Shown here: positions 18,943 through 28,221 of the stretch, piece after piece
Layout: every line of letters starts with the position of its first letter
Position numbering within the stretch: position 1 is the first letter of the stretch
Assembly: GCA_965223005.1 (NCBI GenBank)
Contig: CBDCVK010000010.1
Location: 1,376,001-1,440,000, forward strand
From: Terriglobia bacterium
GTDB taxonomy: Bacteria > Acidobacteriota > Terriglobia > JAJPHL01 > JAPKYU01
DNA: 64,000 bases
Direction: 5' to 3'
Made by a program: the position numbers and the translations under genes
Notes under the pieces: generated by a model
Databases searched by the model: none
What the model saw: only the letters and a program-made list of their open reading frames with translations
Told to the model about the DNA's origin: nothing

Positions 18943-20223
18943 ATGAGCCAAAAGGAAACGCGAGCCATCCGACGGGAAGTCTTCCCCAACGGGCTCACTG
19001 TTATCACCGAGACCATGCCCCATGTGCGCTCCGTTTCGGTAGGCATCTGGATGAAAACCGGCTCGCGCCGCGAGACCCCCGAGCAAAACGGCATCTCGCA
19101 TTTCATCGAGCACATGCTGTTCAAGGGGACCCAAACCAGGACGGCCGAAGAGATCGCCCGCTCGGTGGATTCCATCGGCGGCCACCTGGACGCGTTCACG
19201 GCCAAAGAGTGCGTCTGCCTGAATACCAAGATTCTCGATGAGCACCTTCCTTTCGCTCTGGAAGTGCTTTCGGACCTGGTTTTGAACCCCTTGTTCAAAG
19301 ATGATGACATTGTCCGGGAACACGGGGTGGTGCTGGAAGAGTTGAAGATGGATGAGGACAGCCCCGATTACCTCGTCCACGAGATATTCACTCAGAATTT
19401 CTGGCGGGATCACCCGCTGGGCAAACCCATCCTGGGGACCAAGGAAAGCATCAAGCGGTTGGGAGGGAAGTCGCTGTGGGAGCACTTCCGGCGCCACTAC
19501 GTGCCCAACAACATGATTTTGTCGGCGGCGGGCAATCTGGATCATCGTCATCTGTTGGACCTGGTCGGGAAATACTACGGAGCGCTGGCGCCAGGCTCGC
19601 CACTGGAGCCCGAGCTCGTGCCCGTGCCGCACTCCCGTCTCACATTGCGCAACAAGAAAGACTTGGGGCAGGTGCACCTGTGCCTTGGGGTGCCGTCCTA
19701 TCCCCTGTCACATGAACGCCGCTATGCGTGCTACGTGCTGAACACATTGCTGGGTGGGGGCATGAGTTCGCGGCTGTTCCAGAATATTCGCGAGCGCCAG
19801 GGCCTAGCTTACGCCGTGTTCTCCGAATTGAACCCCTACCGGGACGCGGGCTGCCTGTCGGTGTACGCTGGCACCTCGGCGGATACGGTTCGCAAGGTCA
19901 TGGATTTGATTCTGGAGGAGTTTCGCAATCTGAAAGCCAGCCCCGTTCCGTCAGAGGAGCTGCGGCGCGCCAAGGACCACCTGAAGGGCAGCCTGATGCT
20001 CTCGCTGGAGTCCACCACTAGCCGGATGTCCAACTTGGCCCGACAGGAAATGTATTTTGGCAAGTTTTTCTCGCTCGACGAGATCATTGCTAAAATCGAG
20101 CAGGTGACCCCGGAAGAATTGCTGGAGATCGCACGCGAGTTTTTCCTCCCGGAAAGCATCGCAGTGACGGCACTGGGGAATCTGGACGGACTGAAAATCA
20201 GCCGCGAGCATCTGGTGTGTTAG
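18943..20223 (+). CDS. M16 family zinc peptidase (pitrilysin-like)
   Basis: HFIEHMLFKGT inverted HxxEH motif; LGGGMSSRLFQNIRERQGLAY. Confidence 0.92.
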   Translation: MSQKETRAIRREVFPNGLTVITETMPHVRSVSVGIWMKTGSRRETPEQNGISHFIEHMLFKGTQTRTAEEIARSVDSIGGHLDAFTAKECVCLNTKILDEHLPFALEVLSDLVLNPLFKDDDIVREHGVVLEELKMDEDSPDYLVHEIFTQNFWRDHPLGKPILGTKESIKRLGGKSLWEHFRRHYVPNNMILSAAGNLDHRHLLDLVGKYYGALAPGSPLEPELVPVPHSRLTLRNKKDLGQVHLCLGVPSYPLSHERRYACYVLNTLLGGGMSSRLFQNIRERQGLAYAVFSELNPYRDAGCLSVYAGTSADTVRKVMDLILEEFRNLKASPVPSEELRRAKDHLKGSLMLSLESTTSRMSNLARQEMYFGKFFSLDEIIAKIEQVTPEELLEIAREFFLPESIAVTALGNLDGLKISREHLVC

Positions 20224-20283
20224 GGAAGCGCCGGACGTCTCCTGACTGGACCCGGGCAGTCGAGTTCACCACGGAACAGCGCC

Positions 20284-21072
20284 ACGAGCATTCGAGTCTC
20301 AGTTCTGGGCAGCGGCAGTAGCGGGAACGCGACCCTGGTCGCCACCGAGCGAACCCGTCTCCTGGTGGACGCCGGACTCAGCCGCCGCGAGACTCTCCGC
20401 CGCCTGAGAGGCATGGGTGAGCCGGTTACCAGCCTGGACGGGATCCTCATCTCCCACGAGCATAACGACCACGTGTCCGGCGTGGCCCCCCTGGCTACCG
20501 CCCTGAACATTCCTGTTTATTTGACTGCCTTGACCCGTCAAGCCCTTCCCTCCGCAGAGGAAACGTCGTCCGCCTTCGAAGTTTTCCAGCCAGGCCAGAA
20601 GTTTGCCATCAAAGACCTGGAAGTCGAGCCGTTCACCGTGCCGCACGATGCCGCTGACCCGGTGGGTTTCTGTTTTTCTGCTGCGGGCATTCGCATCGGG
20701 GTGTGTATGGACCTGGGTTATTTGCCCGAATCGGTCAAGGTGCACCTGCGTGGCTGTCAGTGTCTGGTGCTGGAGTCCAATCACGACCTGGATATGCTCA
20801 AGGTGGGCCCCTATCCTTGGATGGTCAAGCAGCGGGTCATGAGCCGCACCGGCCACTTGTCTAATAGCGCGGTCGCCGAGTTCCTCGAGAACGACTACGA
20901 CGGGCAAGCACAGGTGCTGGTTCTAGCCCATCTCAGCGAGAACAACAACCATCCGGAAATTGCGCGGCTTTCCGCGGCCATGGCCCTGGAATCGTGCCAG
21001 GGCCGCGGCGGGGACCGGACGCGGTTGGTGATCAGCTCGCAAAAATCGGCCACCGAGCTGTTTCGGTTTTGA
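20284..21072 (+). CDS. MBL-fold metallo-hydrolase, YycJ/WalJ-PhnP type (non-canonical start; start position uncertain)
   Basis: Conserved N-terminus SIRVSVLGSGSSGNA..LVDAG lies upstream of the called GTG 20365; SHEHNDH, HDA, DLG, LESNHD, GHLSN, LAHLS. Confidence 0.8.
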   Translation, partial: TSIRVSVLGSGSSGNATLVATERTRLLVDAGLSRRETLRRLRGMGEPVTSLDGILISHEHNDHVSGVAPLATALNIPVYLTALTRQALPSAEETSSAFEVFQPGQKFAIKDLEVEPFTVPHDAADPVGFCFSAAGIRIGVCMDLGYLPESVKVHLRGCQCLVLESNHDLDMLKVGPYPWMVKQRVMSRTGHLSNSAVAEFLENDYDGQAQVLVLAHLSENNNHPEIARLSAAMALESCQGRGGDRTRLVISSQKSATELFRF

Positions 21073-21142
21073 CGGAAGTTTCTCCCGCTAGTCTCCTGCA
21101 GAAGTGACTGCGCTGTGGCCGGGCGGCCGATCGGTGAGCCAG

Positions 21143-21634
21143 ATGCGGGCCTGGGTTTACAAAGTCAACGCTCGTCGGCCAGGCATTCTCACCAGCTGGC
21201 ACTTCGACCGCTATTTCCGCTATCGGGGCCGGAACCCCCACGAGATGGGCGGCTCAGGGTGGATTCGCTCGCCGATGAGCTGGGCTCATTTGAAGCGGGT
21301 GCGTCGGGGGGATTTTTTTGTCTGTTATCAGAGCGACGAGCGGCGGATTTACGGCCTGGCCCGCGCCGCCGGCCATGGCTACGAGGAGTTGCCTGGCAGC
21401 GGCCAATATAACTGTGTTGACTTTGCTCCGCAGGGACTGCGGCTGAAGAAGCCGCTGGACGTGACGGCACCGGCCTATCGGACCGTGTTCAGCCATGTGC
21501 GCGCTTTCACCGTGCCCTCGCGCGGCACCATTCACCCGCTGGCGGCTGACGAACTCCGCTACGTCCTGCGGGCCCTGGCGACGGAGAATCCCGAACAGCG
21601 CCAGGTGATCGCGACTTGGTGCCGCAGGCGGTAA
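21143..21634 (+). CDS. Hypothetical protein, EVE/PUA-like domain
   Basis: AWVYKVN start, WIRS...LKRVRRGDFFVCYQS..RIYGLARA, RGTIHPL resemble the EVE fold. Confidence 0.55.
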   Translation: MRAWVYKVNARRPGILTSWHFDRYFRYRGRNPHEMGGSGWIRSPMSWAHLKRVRRGDFFVCYQSDERRIYGLARAAGHGYEELPGSGQYNCVDFAPQGLRLKKPLDVTAPAYRTVFSHVRAFTVPSRGTIHPLAADELRYVLRALATENPEQRQVIATWCRRR

Positions 21635-21741
21635 CGGCTTGCCGATCGCTATCTATCCATTTGCCATAATGGCCATTTGCTATGATGGTGCCCCGGAGGG
21701 GGCCTTGTTGGGAGAGCCCGGCGGGGAGGTCAGAAAAGCTA

Positions 21742-22122
21742 ATGAAACATTCGGCTGCATTCTTGAAACTCGTCGAAGATGCCAAGACGCGGATCGGTGA
21801 GCTCACGGTAGAGGACGTTTGGCGGAAACAAGGACGCGGTCAGTCGTTCGAATTCGTGGACGTGCGTGAAGACAACGAGTGGGCTCAAGGCTACGCGGCC
21901 GGTGCCCGGCACATCGGCCGTGGAGTTCTGGAGCGCGACATCGAAGACTTGGTGCCGGACCGCGAACGGGAAATTGTGCTTTACTGCGGGGGCGGCTTCC
22001 GCTCCGCGCTGGCCGCTGACAACTTGCAGAAGATGGGCTACCTCCGGGCCTTCTCCATGGCCGGTGGAATTCGTGCCTGGCGGGAGCAGGGGCTGCCGGA
22101 GGCGGAGCCCAGCGAGCCGTAG
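21742..22122 (+). CDS. Rhodanese-like sulfurtransferase
   Basis: VDVREDNEW, HIGRGVLERDIE, YCGGGFRSALAA, MAGGIRAW; GGGAGG RBS. Confidence 0.9.
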   Translation: MKHSAAFLKLVEDAKTRIGELTVEDVWRKQGRGQSFEFVDVREDNEWAQGYAAGARHIGRGVLERDIEDLVPDREREIVLYCGGGFRSALAADNLQKMGYLRAFSMAGGIRAWREQGLPEAEPSEP

Positions 22123-22163
22123 TCTGGTGGGGGCGCTATACTAGTGGGGCGAGCAGACGCAAG

Positions 22164-22820
22164 ATGAACAGAAGACTCTGGTTTATCGCGATCTTGGGTG
22201 CATTGGTAGGCTGCGACCAGAACGTGGGACCGCCGGGGGCGGTGCCCCAGACACGACCCCAAGAGACGCAACCCCAAGCCAGTACCGCCAGACGGACGCC
22301 AGCAAGGGGCGATAGCGAGTCGGCTCCCGCAGCTAAAGAGGGAAGCGATGCAGCGGCTGGCGTCGTCTGGACGCCTCCGCCCCGCTGGGTCTCCCAAGGC
22401 TCGCGTCCGATGCGCGTTGTCACCTATCGCGTGCCGGCCGCGGAGGGCGATCCGGAAGATGGCGAATGCGCCGTCTTCTATTTTGGTAGCGGGCAGGGCG
22501 GCACGGTGGAGGCAAACCTGAAGCGCTGGATGTCCCAATTCGAGCAACCCGGCGGAACAAGTTCGGAAGATGCGGCGAAGATCAAGCAGCAAGTCATCAG
22601 CGGTCTGAACGTTACTACTGTAGATCTGAGCGGCATCTACCTGGCTTCCGCCCGCCCCATGTCGCCGGTAAAACAACGCAAGCCCGGCTACCGCCTGCTG
22701 GGCGCGATTGTGGATGCGCCGGAAGGGGCCCTGTTCTTCAAATTTACCGGCCCGTTGCCGACCGTGGCGGCTAGCACCGAACAGTTTCGGGCCATGTTGC
22801 AATCCCTGCGGCAGCAGTAG
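22164..22820 (+). CDS. Hypothetical lipoprotein
   Basis: Lipobox LVG-C; low-complexity linker; GQGGTVEANLKRW..QF and FFKFTGP motifs of a conserved uncharacterised family. Confidence 0.7.
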   Translation: MNRRLWFIAILGALVGCDQNVGPPGAVPQTRPQETQPQASTARRTPARGDSESAPAAKEGSDAAAGVVWTPPPRWVSQGSRPMRVVTYRVPAAEGDPEDGECAVFYFGSGQGGTVEANLKRWMSQFEQPGGTSSEDAAKIKQQVISGLNVTTVDLSGIYLASARPMSPVKQRKPGYRLLGAIVDAPEGALFFKFTGPLPTVAASTEQFRAMLQSLRQQ

Positions 22821-22873
22821 CCTCCGCGTGCTGGCGCAGGCGGTACGCTATAGCTTGTTCTGCTTTCCAAACA

Positions 22874-23944
22874 ATGTCCCGCTCACCGAAAGACTCACGT
22901 CTGCTGCGCGCCTGCCGCGCACAGCCCGTGGACATCACTCCAGTCTGGTTCATGCGCCAGGCCGGCCGCTACATGCCGGAGTATCGGGCGATCCGCGAAA
23001 AGCACAGCCTCCTGGAGATTTGCAAGACGCCGGCGCTGGCGGCCGAGGTCACCATCACCGCCGCTGAACGCCTCGATGTGGATGCGGCCATCATCTTCGC
23101 TGACCTGCTGTTACCCGTCGAACCGATGGGGATGCGCCTGCGGTTCGAACAGGGCGAAGGCCCGGTGTTGGACAACCCACTGCGGGATGAAGCCGCGGTT
23201 GCGCGGCTCCGCAGCGACGTGGCTTCCGAGCTGGGTTTTGTTTCCGAAGCTATCCGGCTGGTCCGCCAGCACTTCGGCGAACGTCTGCCGGTGATCGGAT
23301 TTGCCGGTGCCCCCTTCACGCTGGCCAGTTACATGATTGAAGGCGGTAGCTCTCGCCACTTCCTTGCCACCAAGACGCTGCTCTACCAAGCTCCGCAAGC
23401 CTGGGCCCTGCTGATGGAGAAGCTTTGCGCTGCGCTGGAGCCCTACCTATTGGCCCAGGTGGAAGCGGGCGCCGATGTGGTGCAGTTGTTCGACAGCTGG
23501 GTGGGCTGCCTCAGTGTGGACGACTACCGCGAGTACGTACTCCCCTACTCGAAAAGGTTGATCCGCGCAGTCCAGGCCCACGGGGTCCCCGTGATTCACT
23601 TTGCCACCGAATCAGCCTCGTTGCTGGAGGCCATGGAACAGGCAGATGCGGCGGTGCTGAGTGTGGACTGGCGCATCCGGCTGGATGAAGCCTGGGCTCG
23701 GGTCGGCCATCGGCCGGCCATTCAGGGCAACCTGGACCCGGCGGCGCTGCTGGCGCCCCTGCCGGAACTGAGGCGTCGGATTCGCGCCATCTTAGAGCAG
23801 GCTGGCCAGCGTCCGGGGCATATCTTCAACCTGGGGCACGGTATTCTGCCCGGAACTCCGGTGGAAAATGTGATCGCCACCGTACAAATGGTCCGGGAGT
23901 ATTCGCCGAAGTGCGGAGATGCAGGCGCAGCGCAAAGTGAGTAA
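22874..23944 (+). CDS. hemE: Uroporphyrinogen decarboxylase
   Basis: PVWFMRQAGRYMPEY, IGFAGAPFTLASY, FDSW, QGNLDP, FNLGHGI. Confidence 0.96.
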   Translation: MSRSPKDSRLLRACRAQPVDITPVWFMRQAGRYMPEYRAIREKHSLLEICKTPALAAEVTITAAERLDVDAAIIFADLLLPVEPMGMRLRFEQGEGPVLDNPLRDEAAVARLRSDVASELGFVSEAIRLVRQHFGERLPVIGFAGAPFTLASYMIEGGSSRHFLATKTLLYQAPQAWALLMEKLCAALEPYLLAQVEAGADVVQLFDSWVGCLSVDDYREYVLPYSKRLIRAVQAHGVPVIHFATESASLLEAMEQADAAVLSVDWRIRLDEAWARVGHRPAIQGNLDPAALLAPLPELRRRIRAILEQAGQRPGHIFNLGHGILPGTPVENVIATVQMVREYSPKCGDAGAAQSE

Positions 23945-24884
23945 GTCCAAGACCGGAAACCCGAAATCCGAAACCCCAAGGCGGGCAGTTCTGCTCCTGG
24001 CCCACGGCGCCCCTGATCGCCTGGAGGACATCCCCGAATTTCTGCGGCACGTGCGCGGCGGCCGGCCATTGCCCGAACATGCAGTCCAGGAAATCACCCA
24101 GCGCTACGCCCGCATCGGTGGCGGTTCGCCGCTGCGTCGCATTACCGAACAGCAGGCCTGCGCGCTGGCAGCGCACCTTGCGGTGCCGGTCGTCGTGGGC
24201 ATGAGGAACTGGAAGCCGTTCATCGCTGAAGCGCTGGTCAGCCTGCCGGCCGTGCTGGAGCGGTTGGTAGTCATCTGCCTGGCGCCGCAAAACTCGCGCA
24301 CCAGCGTGGGCCTCTATCGGCAGCACTTAGAGCGCGCACTGGATGCGAGTCCGGCGCGGCCGCAAGTGCGCCCACGAGTGAAGTTCGTTGAAAGCTGGCA
24401 CGATCATCCGCGGCTGATTCAGGCATTCGCTGAAAAAGTGCGTGCCGGGCTGGCCGCCACGGAAGCCGGTGTGGATGGCGAAATTCCCGTGATCCTCACG
24501 GCGCATAGCGTGCCGGAGTCCACCGTTGCCGGCGGTGATCCCTATGCCACGCAGGTCGAGCAGACGGCCGCGCTGGTCGCGGCCGCGGCGCGCCTCCGCA
24601 ACTGGCGCACTGCTTACCAGAGCCAGGGGATGACAGCAGAACCCTGGATCGGGCCGACTGTTGAATCTCAGATTGACGAGCTGGCGGCCGAGGGACGTCG
24701 TGTCGTCTTCATCGCTCCCATCGGCTTTGTCTCCGACCACGCGGAAATCCTCTACGACATCGACATTCAGTTTCGGGAGTACGCGCGGGCCAAGGGTATG
24801 AAGCTGTGCCGTTCCGAGTCACTCAATAAAAGCCCGTTGCTGATCGAGACGCTGGCCGAGATGGTTCAGGAGCAGCTGGAATGA
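23937..24884 (+). CDS. hemH: Ferrochelatase (proto- or coproporphyrin)
   Basis: LLLAHGAP, RYARIGGGSPL, GMRNWKPFI, TAHSVP, YQSQG..WIGP, GFVSDHAEILYDID. Confidence 0.92.
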   Translation: MSKSKTGNPKSETPRRAVLLLAHGAPDRLEDIPEFLRHVRGGRPLPEHAVQEITQRYARIGGGSPLRRITEQQACALAAHLAVPVVVGMRNWKPFIAEALVSLPAVLERLVVICLAPQNSRTSVGLYRQHLERALDASPARPQVRPRVKFVESWHDHPRLIQAFAEKVRAGLAATEAGVDGEIPVILTAHSVPESTVAGGDPYATQVEQTAALVAAAARLRNWRTAYQSQGMTAEPWIGPTVESQIDELAAEGRRVVFIAPIGFVSDHAEILYDIDIQFREYARAKGMKLCRSESLNKSPLLIETLAEMVQEQLE

Positions 24885-24920
24885 ATCGACCGCAAGGACC
24901 GATTCCTTCAGTCTTCATGT

Positions 24921-24948
24921 TTGACACAAACTTCTGAGTGAGGATACT
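24921..24948 (+). promoter_or_regulatory. Sigma70-type promoter of msrA
   Basis: TTGACA-16 nt-GATACT followed by GAGG RBS. Confidence 0.5.
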
Positions 24949-24971
24949 AATGACTAACGAGGAGAGGATGC

Positions 24972-25442
24972 ATGGAGAAGGCAACTTTCGGCGCAGGGTG
25001 CTTTTGGGGGATAGAGGCCGCCTTCCGTCAGGTCCCAGGCGTGGTGGACGCGGCGGTTGGCTACATGGGCGGGACGTTGGAGAACCCTACCTACCAGGAC
25101 GTGTGTACGGACACAACCGGCCATGCCGAGGTCGTGCAGGTCACTTTTGATCCTGCGAAGGTTTCCTACCAGCAACTGCTCGATCTGTTGTGGGAAATTC
25201 ACGACCCCACGACCCCGAATCGACAGGGGCCGGACGTGGGCAAGCAGTATCGTTCGGCAATTTTCTTCCACTCGACCGAACAGGAGGCCGCCGCCCGCGC
25301 CTCCAAGGAGAAGCAGCAGGCGTCGGGCCGCTTCCGGCGTCCGATTGTCACCGAGATCACCTCGGCCCCAACCTTTTACCGCGCCGAGGAATACCACCAG
25401 CGATATTTCGAAAAGCGGGGCATCGCTGCCTGCCATCGCTAG
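24972..25442 (+). CDS. msrA: Peptide methionine (S)-sulfoxide reductase
   Basis: [40 protein letters not shown]. Confidence 0.96.
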   Translation: MEKATFGAGCFWGIEAAFRQVPGVVDAAVGYMGGTLENPTYQDVCTDTTGHAEVVQVTFDPAKVSYQQLLDLLWEIHDPTTPNRQGPDVGKQYRSAIFFHSTEQEAAARASKEKQQASGRFRRPIVTEITSAPTFYRAEEYHQRYFEKRGIAACHR

Positions 25443-25595
25443 CGATTCTCCAAAATCAAATCCGGCGCACGATGGGGAGTGTCTCCAGACAGTTGGCTAA
25501 GTAGGACCCGTGAATCGCCTTTCCAAAAAAATCGGTAGCTTCTCAGCGAAAAATGCGCTATTGAGTCTCCGGTTGGACTGAGACGCTATCAGGGA

Positions 25596-25931
25596 GTGGA
25601 TGAAGCTGTGGGAGTCGAGAGACGGCAGTACAAGCGCTACGGGGTGACGGGGAGGACGGAGTTTCAGACCGATTCTGAAAGGGCGGTCGGCGAACTGCTG
25701 GATATCGGAACTGGAGGCTTGCTCATCCGCAGCCGGCTCATCCCCGACAAGGGGACAAATCTCTGGGCCCAGTTCACCGTGGCGGGGTACCCGGGAGGAT
25801 TCGAAACCCGCGGGCGCGTGGTGCGCACCCAATTGGATGTGGTGGCGGTCATGTTCTTGAAGCCGCCGGCCGGGTTGGAGAGGCCACTGGCGTGGCTGGA
25901 ACATCGCACTTCACCGCAACCGGGCGCCTGA
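25596..25931 (+). CDS. PilZ domain protein
   Basis: ERRQYKR (RxxxR) and DIGTGG (D/NxSxxG-like) motifs. Confidence 0.7.
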   Translation: MDEAVGVERRQYKRYGVTGRTEFQTDSERAVGELLDIGTGGLLIRSRLIPDKGTNLWAQFTVAGYPGGFETRGRVVRTQLDVVAVMFLKPPAGLERPLAWLEHRTSPQPGA

Positions 25932-26056
25932 ATTGCTGTCCTAGACTTGCAATCCGCTTCGATCAACCTTGAGAACTGAGCTGCAGCCAGCCTTCAGAAG
26001 GTTCGGACTTGCTCGCGTCGGGTCCCGCCTTTTCGGAGAAGCCGTGACGTAGGGAG

Positions 26057-26557
26057 TTACCGGGCCCAACCCGGAGGCAGCCCGCTCCGGCGGAGTTCCT
26101 CCTCCAGGTCCTCGACGGCCTTCCGAGCCTTTTCCACCGCCGCCTCTTGCTGTTGCACTTCCTGCCCGCGTCCCAGCAGCCATCCCTGGCGGAGTTCTGC
26201 CAGTTTCTTTTCCTCAGCCGCCAGGGCGGCGTGCAACTGGGCGGCTTTCGCCCGGTATTCTTTCTCGACTTTCGCTCTAGTCTTCTTGTCTTCGCCCTTG
26301 GGGGGCGCCTGTTCCCCTTCCTGTTCCGTCTCGCCCTCTTTGGCCTTTGTCTCGGCTGGGACGCCGGTGCTGAGGCTGCCCCGGCTCGGCAGATCCTCGT
26401 TGGTGTAAACCCGGGTAGCTTTGGCCTGCTTACCCTTCTTTGCTCTGAGGCGACGCGCCGCCTCGCCCAGCGACTGTGCCGAGGCTGTGGCGCCTAACAG
26501 CAGCACGACCGCCATCAGGCGAAAGATCCGGTATCCCAATGTTGGGTAGCTATGCAT
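26057..26557 (-). CDS. Secreted hypothetical coiled-coil protein
   Basis: Signal peptide, QSLGEAARR..RVYTNEDL..LPPGWAR pattern; GGGAGG RBS. Confidence 0.65.
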   Translation of the reverse strand: MHSYPTLGYRIFRLMAVVLLLGATASAQSLGEAARRLRAKKGKQAKATRVYTNEDLPSRGSLSTGVPAETKAKEGETEQEGEQAPPKGEDKKTRAKVEKEYRAKAAQLHAALAAEEKKLAELRQGWLLGRGQEVQQQEAAVEKARKAVEDLEEELRRSGLPPGWAR

Positions 26558-26713
26558 AGAAACCGCCCTCCCGACCAGGCGCGATGGCTCTCTCCGCCGC
26601 TCAATTCTCTAGTTTAGCTGCTGGCTTAAGCACAAATCAAGGAGGCTGCCGGTGCACAGAACGGTCCACGCTACCGCCCTGGGGCGATATTGAAGGCCGG
26701 CCCTGCTGTCACC

Positions 26714-27481
26714 CTACGAGCTTTCGCCTTGGGGTGTTTCGTCGTTCGGTTGAGACGGGCCGCCCGGAGGGTTCGCATGAGATGAATTGAGGAGAGTTTC
26801 TATTCGATCTAGTTTCTGGCTGACAGTTTTGAGGTCCGCGCCCGATTCTTGCGCGACGAAATACGCCGCCACAGACGCCGATATCGTAGATGTCAGGCCC
26901 ACTCCGCTCAGCATCAGCAAGATGGCCACCAGTCTGCCCCCTACGCTCAGCGGGGTAATGTCTCCATAGCCCACCGTGGTTACGGTAACGATTGCCCACC
27001 AGATACCCTCCCAAAAGCCGTTGTGAACCGTTTGCGGCTCCAAGACCGCCAAACTGCCGCCTCCGGCGAAAACCAACAGCGCGGTCACCATGGCCATATA
27101 GGCTAGGCCTCGACGTCCCAAGATGCGGCCCAAAGAGTCCATGCCGCGCGCCGTTACCCCCAGCAGAGTAAGGAGTGGGAAGAGGCGGGCCAGGCGAGTC
27201 AGCCGAGTCAGGGCGAGCGCAGTGGGGAGTAGAGGGAAAGACACAATCACCACGGCCGCACTGAGGCGGTGTGTCCTCGCGTATTGCCGGCGATTGGCGG
27301 AATAGGTCAGCCCTACGACGTAGTCCACCACGAAGACAAGCCAGATGGCCCAGTCCGCCACCTGCACGACGAGGCCCCTGGCGCCCAGCTCGTCCAGGAC
27401 AGTCACGGGAATGGTGGCAACAGCCCCGAGCAAAACACCAATCTCCAAGGCGACCTGCCATTGGTTTTTCATGGATTCCAC
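26714..27481 (-). CDS. Voltage-gated-type potassium channel
   Basis: S4-like LTRLTRLARL, pore WWAIVTVTTVGYGD selectivity filter. Confidence 0.9.
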   Translation of the reverse strand: MESMKNQWQVALEIGVLLGAVATIPVTVLDELGARGLVVQVADWAIWLVFVVDYVVGLTYSANRRQYARTHRLSAAVVIVSFPLLPTALALTRLTRLARLFPLLTLLGVTARGMDSLGRILGRRGLAYMAMVTALLVFAGGGSLAVLEPQTVHNGFWEGIWWAIVTVTTVGYGDITPLSVGGRLVAILLMLSGVGLTSTISASVAAYFVAQESGADLKTVSQKLDRIETLLNSSHANPPGGPSQPNDETPQGESS

Positions 27482-27816
27482 CCCCTTAAAGAACAGTAGT
27501 TAGTTAGATTCTGCAACCTCAGACACCCAGCGCAATATAGCACGGCAGCGAAACAGCCCTTTCTCGGACCTGGGCCTGCAGTTCCTTTTCAGAATTGTCT
27601 ATGGATTCAGACTTGCTCTGCACCCGCCGCACTTACCTGCCCGCCTGATCAGCGCGGTGGTCGCACAGGATTTCCCGGACCGCGTTGTAGCCGGGTGCAC
27701 CCAAGACTCCAACAACCCTGGCTGGTGGGTTGTGAAACGTTGGAAAGCTTGAGATTTATGCTCTTGAGGATGATTCCTGTTTCGAGCCAGGAGCCCGGTC
27801 GGCTCTGGCCACGCAC

Positions 27817-28152
27817 CTACGAGCTGGGTCCAGCAGAACTTTCGGGCGCGCCGGCGCTGGCCATGCAATTGCGGAAAGTGGCGGTGACTTCTGGGGGCAC
27901 AGATTCAAACCGGATGCCCACGCCTCTTGGGCTGGAGTTGACCACAAAGCCACGCACTCGAAATTGGCTTCGGTGGCCTGGTACCGCAAACGCCAGTTCG
28001 TATCGCTGGCCCGTCTGGGCCACCTCGGGAGGCGCCGCCAACATCCCGTACTCACTGAACTCGACTACCTGTCCGTGCCCCACCTGGCGGCCCAGACGGA
28101 GCGAGACCTTCCAATCCACCGCTACGCGGGCCACCCTCCGTTTTTCGTCCAT
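27817..28152 (-). CDS. PilZ domain protein
   Basis: EKRRVAR, EFSEYGM, GVGIRF. Confidence 0.7.
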   Translation of the reverse strand: MDEKRRVARVAVDWKVSLRLGRQVGHGQVVEFSEYGMLAAPPEVAQTGQRYELAFAVPGHRSQFRVRGFVVNSSPRGVGIRFESVPPEVTATFRNCMASAGAPESSAGPSS

Positions 28153-28221
28153 GGCGTACCTATCTTCTCATTCGCCAGTCTCAGGGGGAGGGGAAACTGG
28201 GGGGATAGTCTACGAACTCAT

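Noticed and set aside
20221-20223. Pyrrolysine recoding at the peptidase TAG
   Set aside because: No pyl genes in the window, the TAG is at a natural domain end rather than a catalytic site; kept only as a minor alternative to a non-canonical start
27560-27760. c-di-AMP (ydaO) riboswitch upstream of the K+ channel
   Set aside because: Only isolated short matches (CTGAATCC) in the wrong order; putative -10 lies downstream
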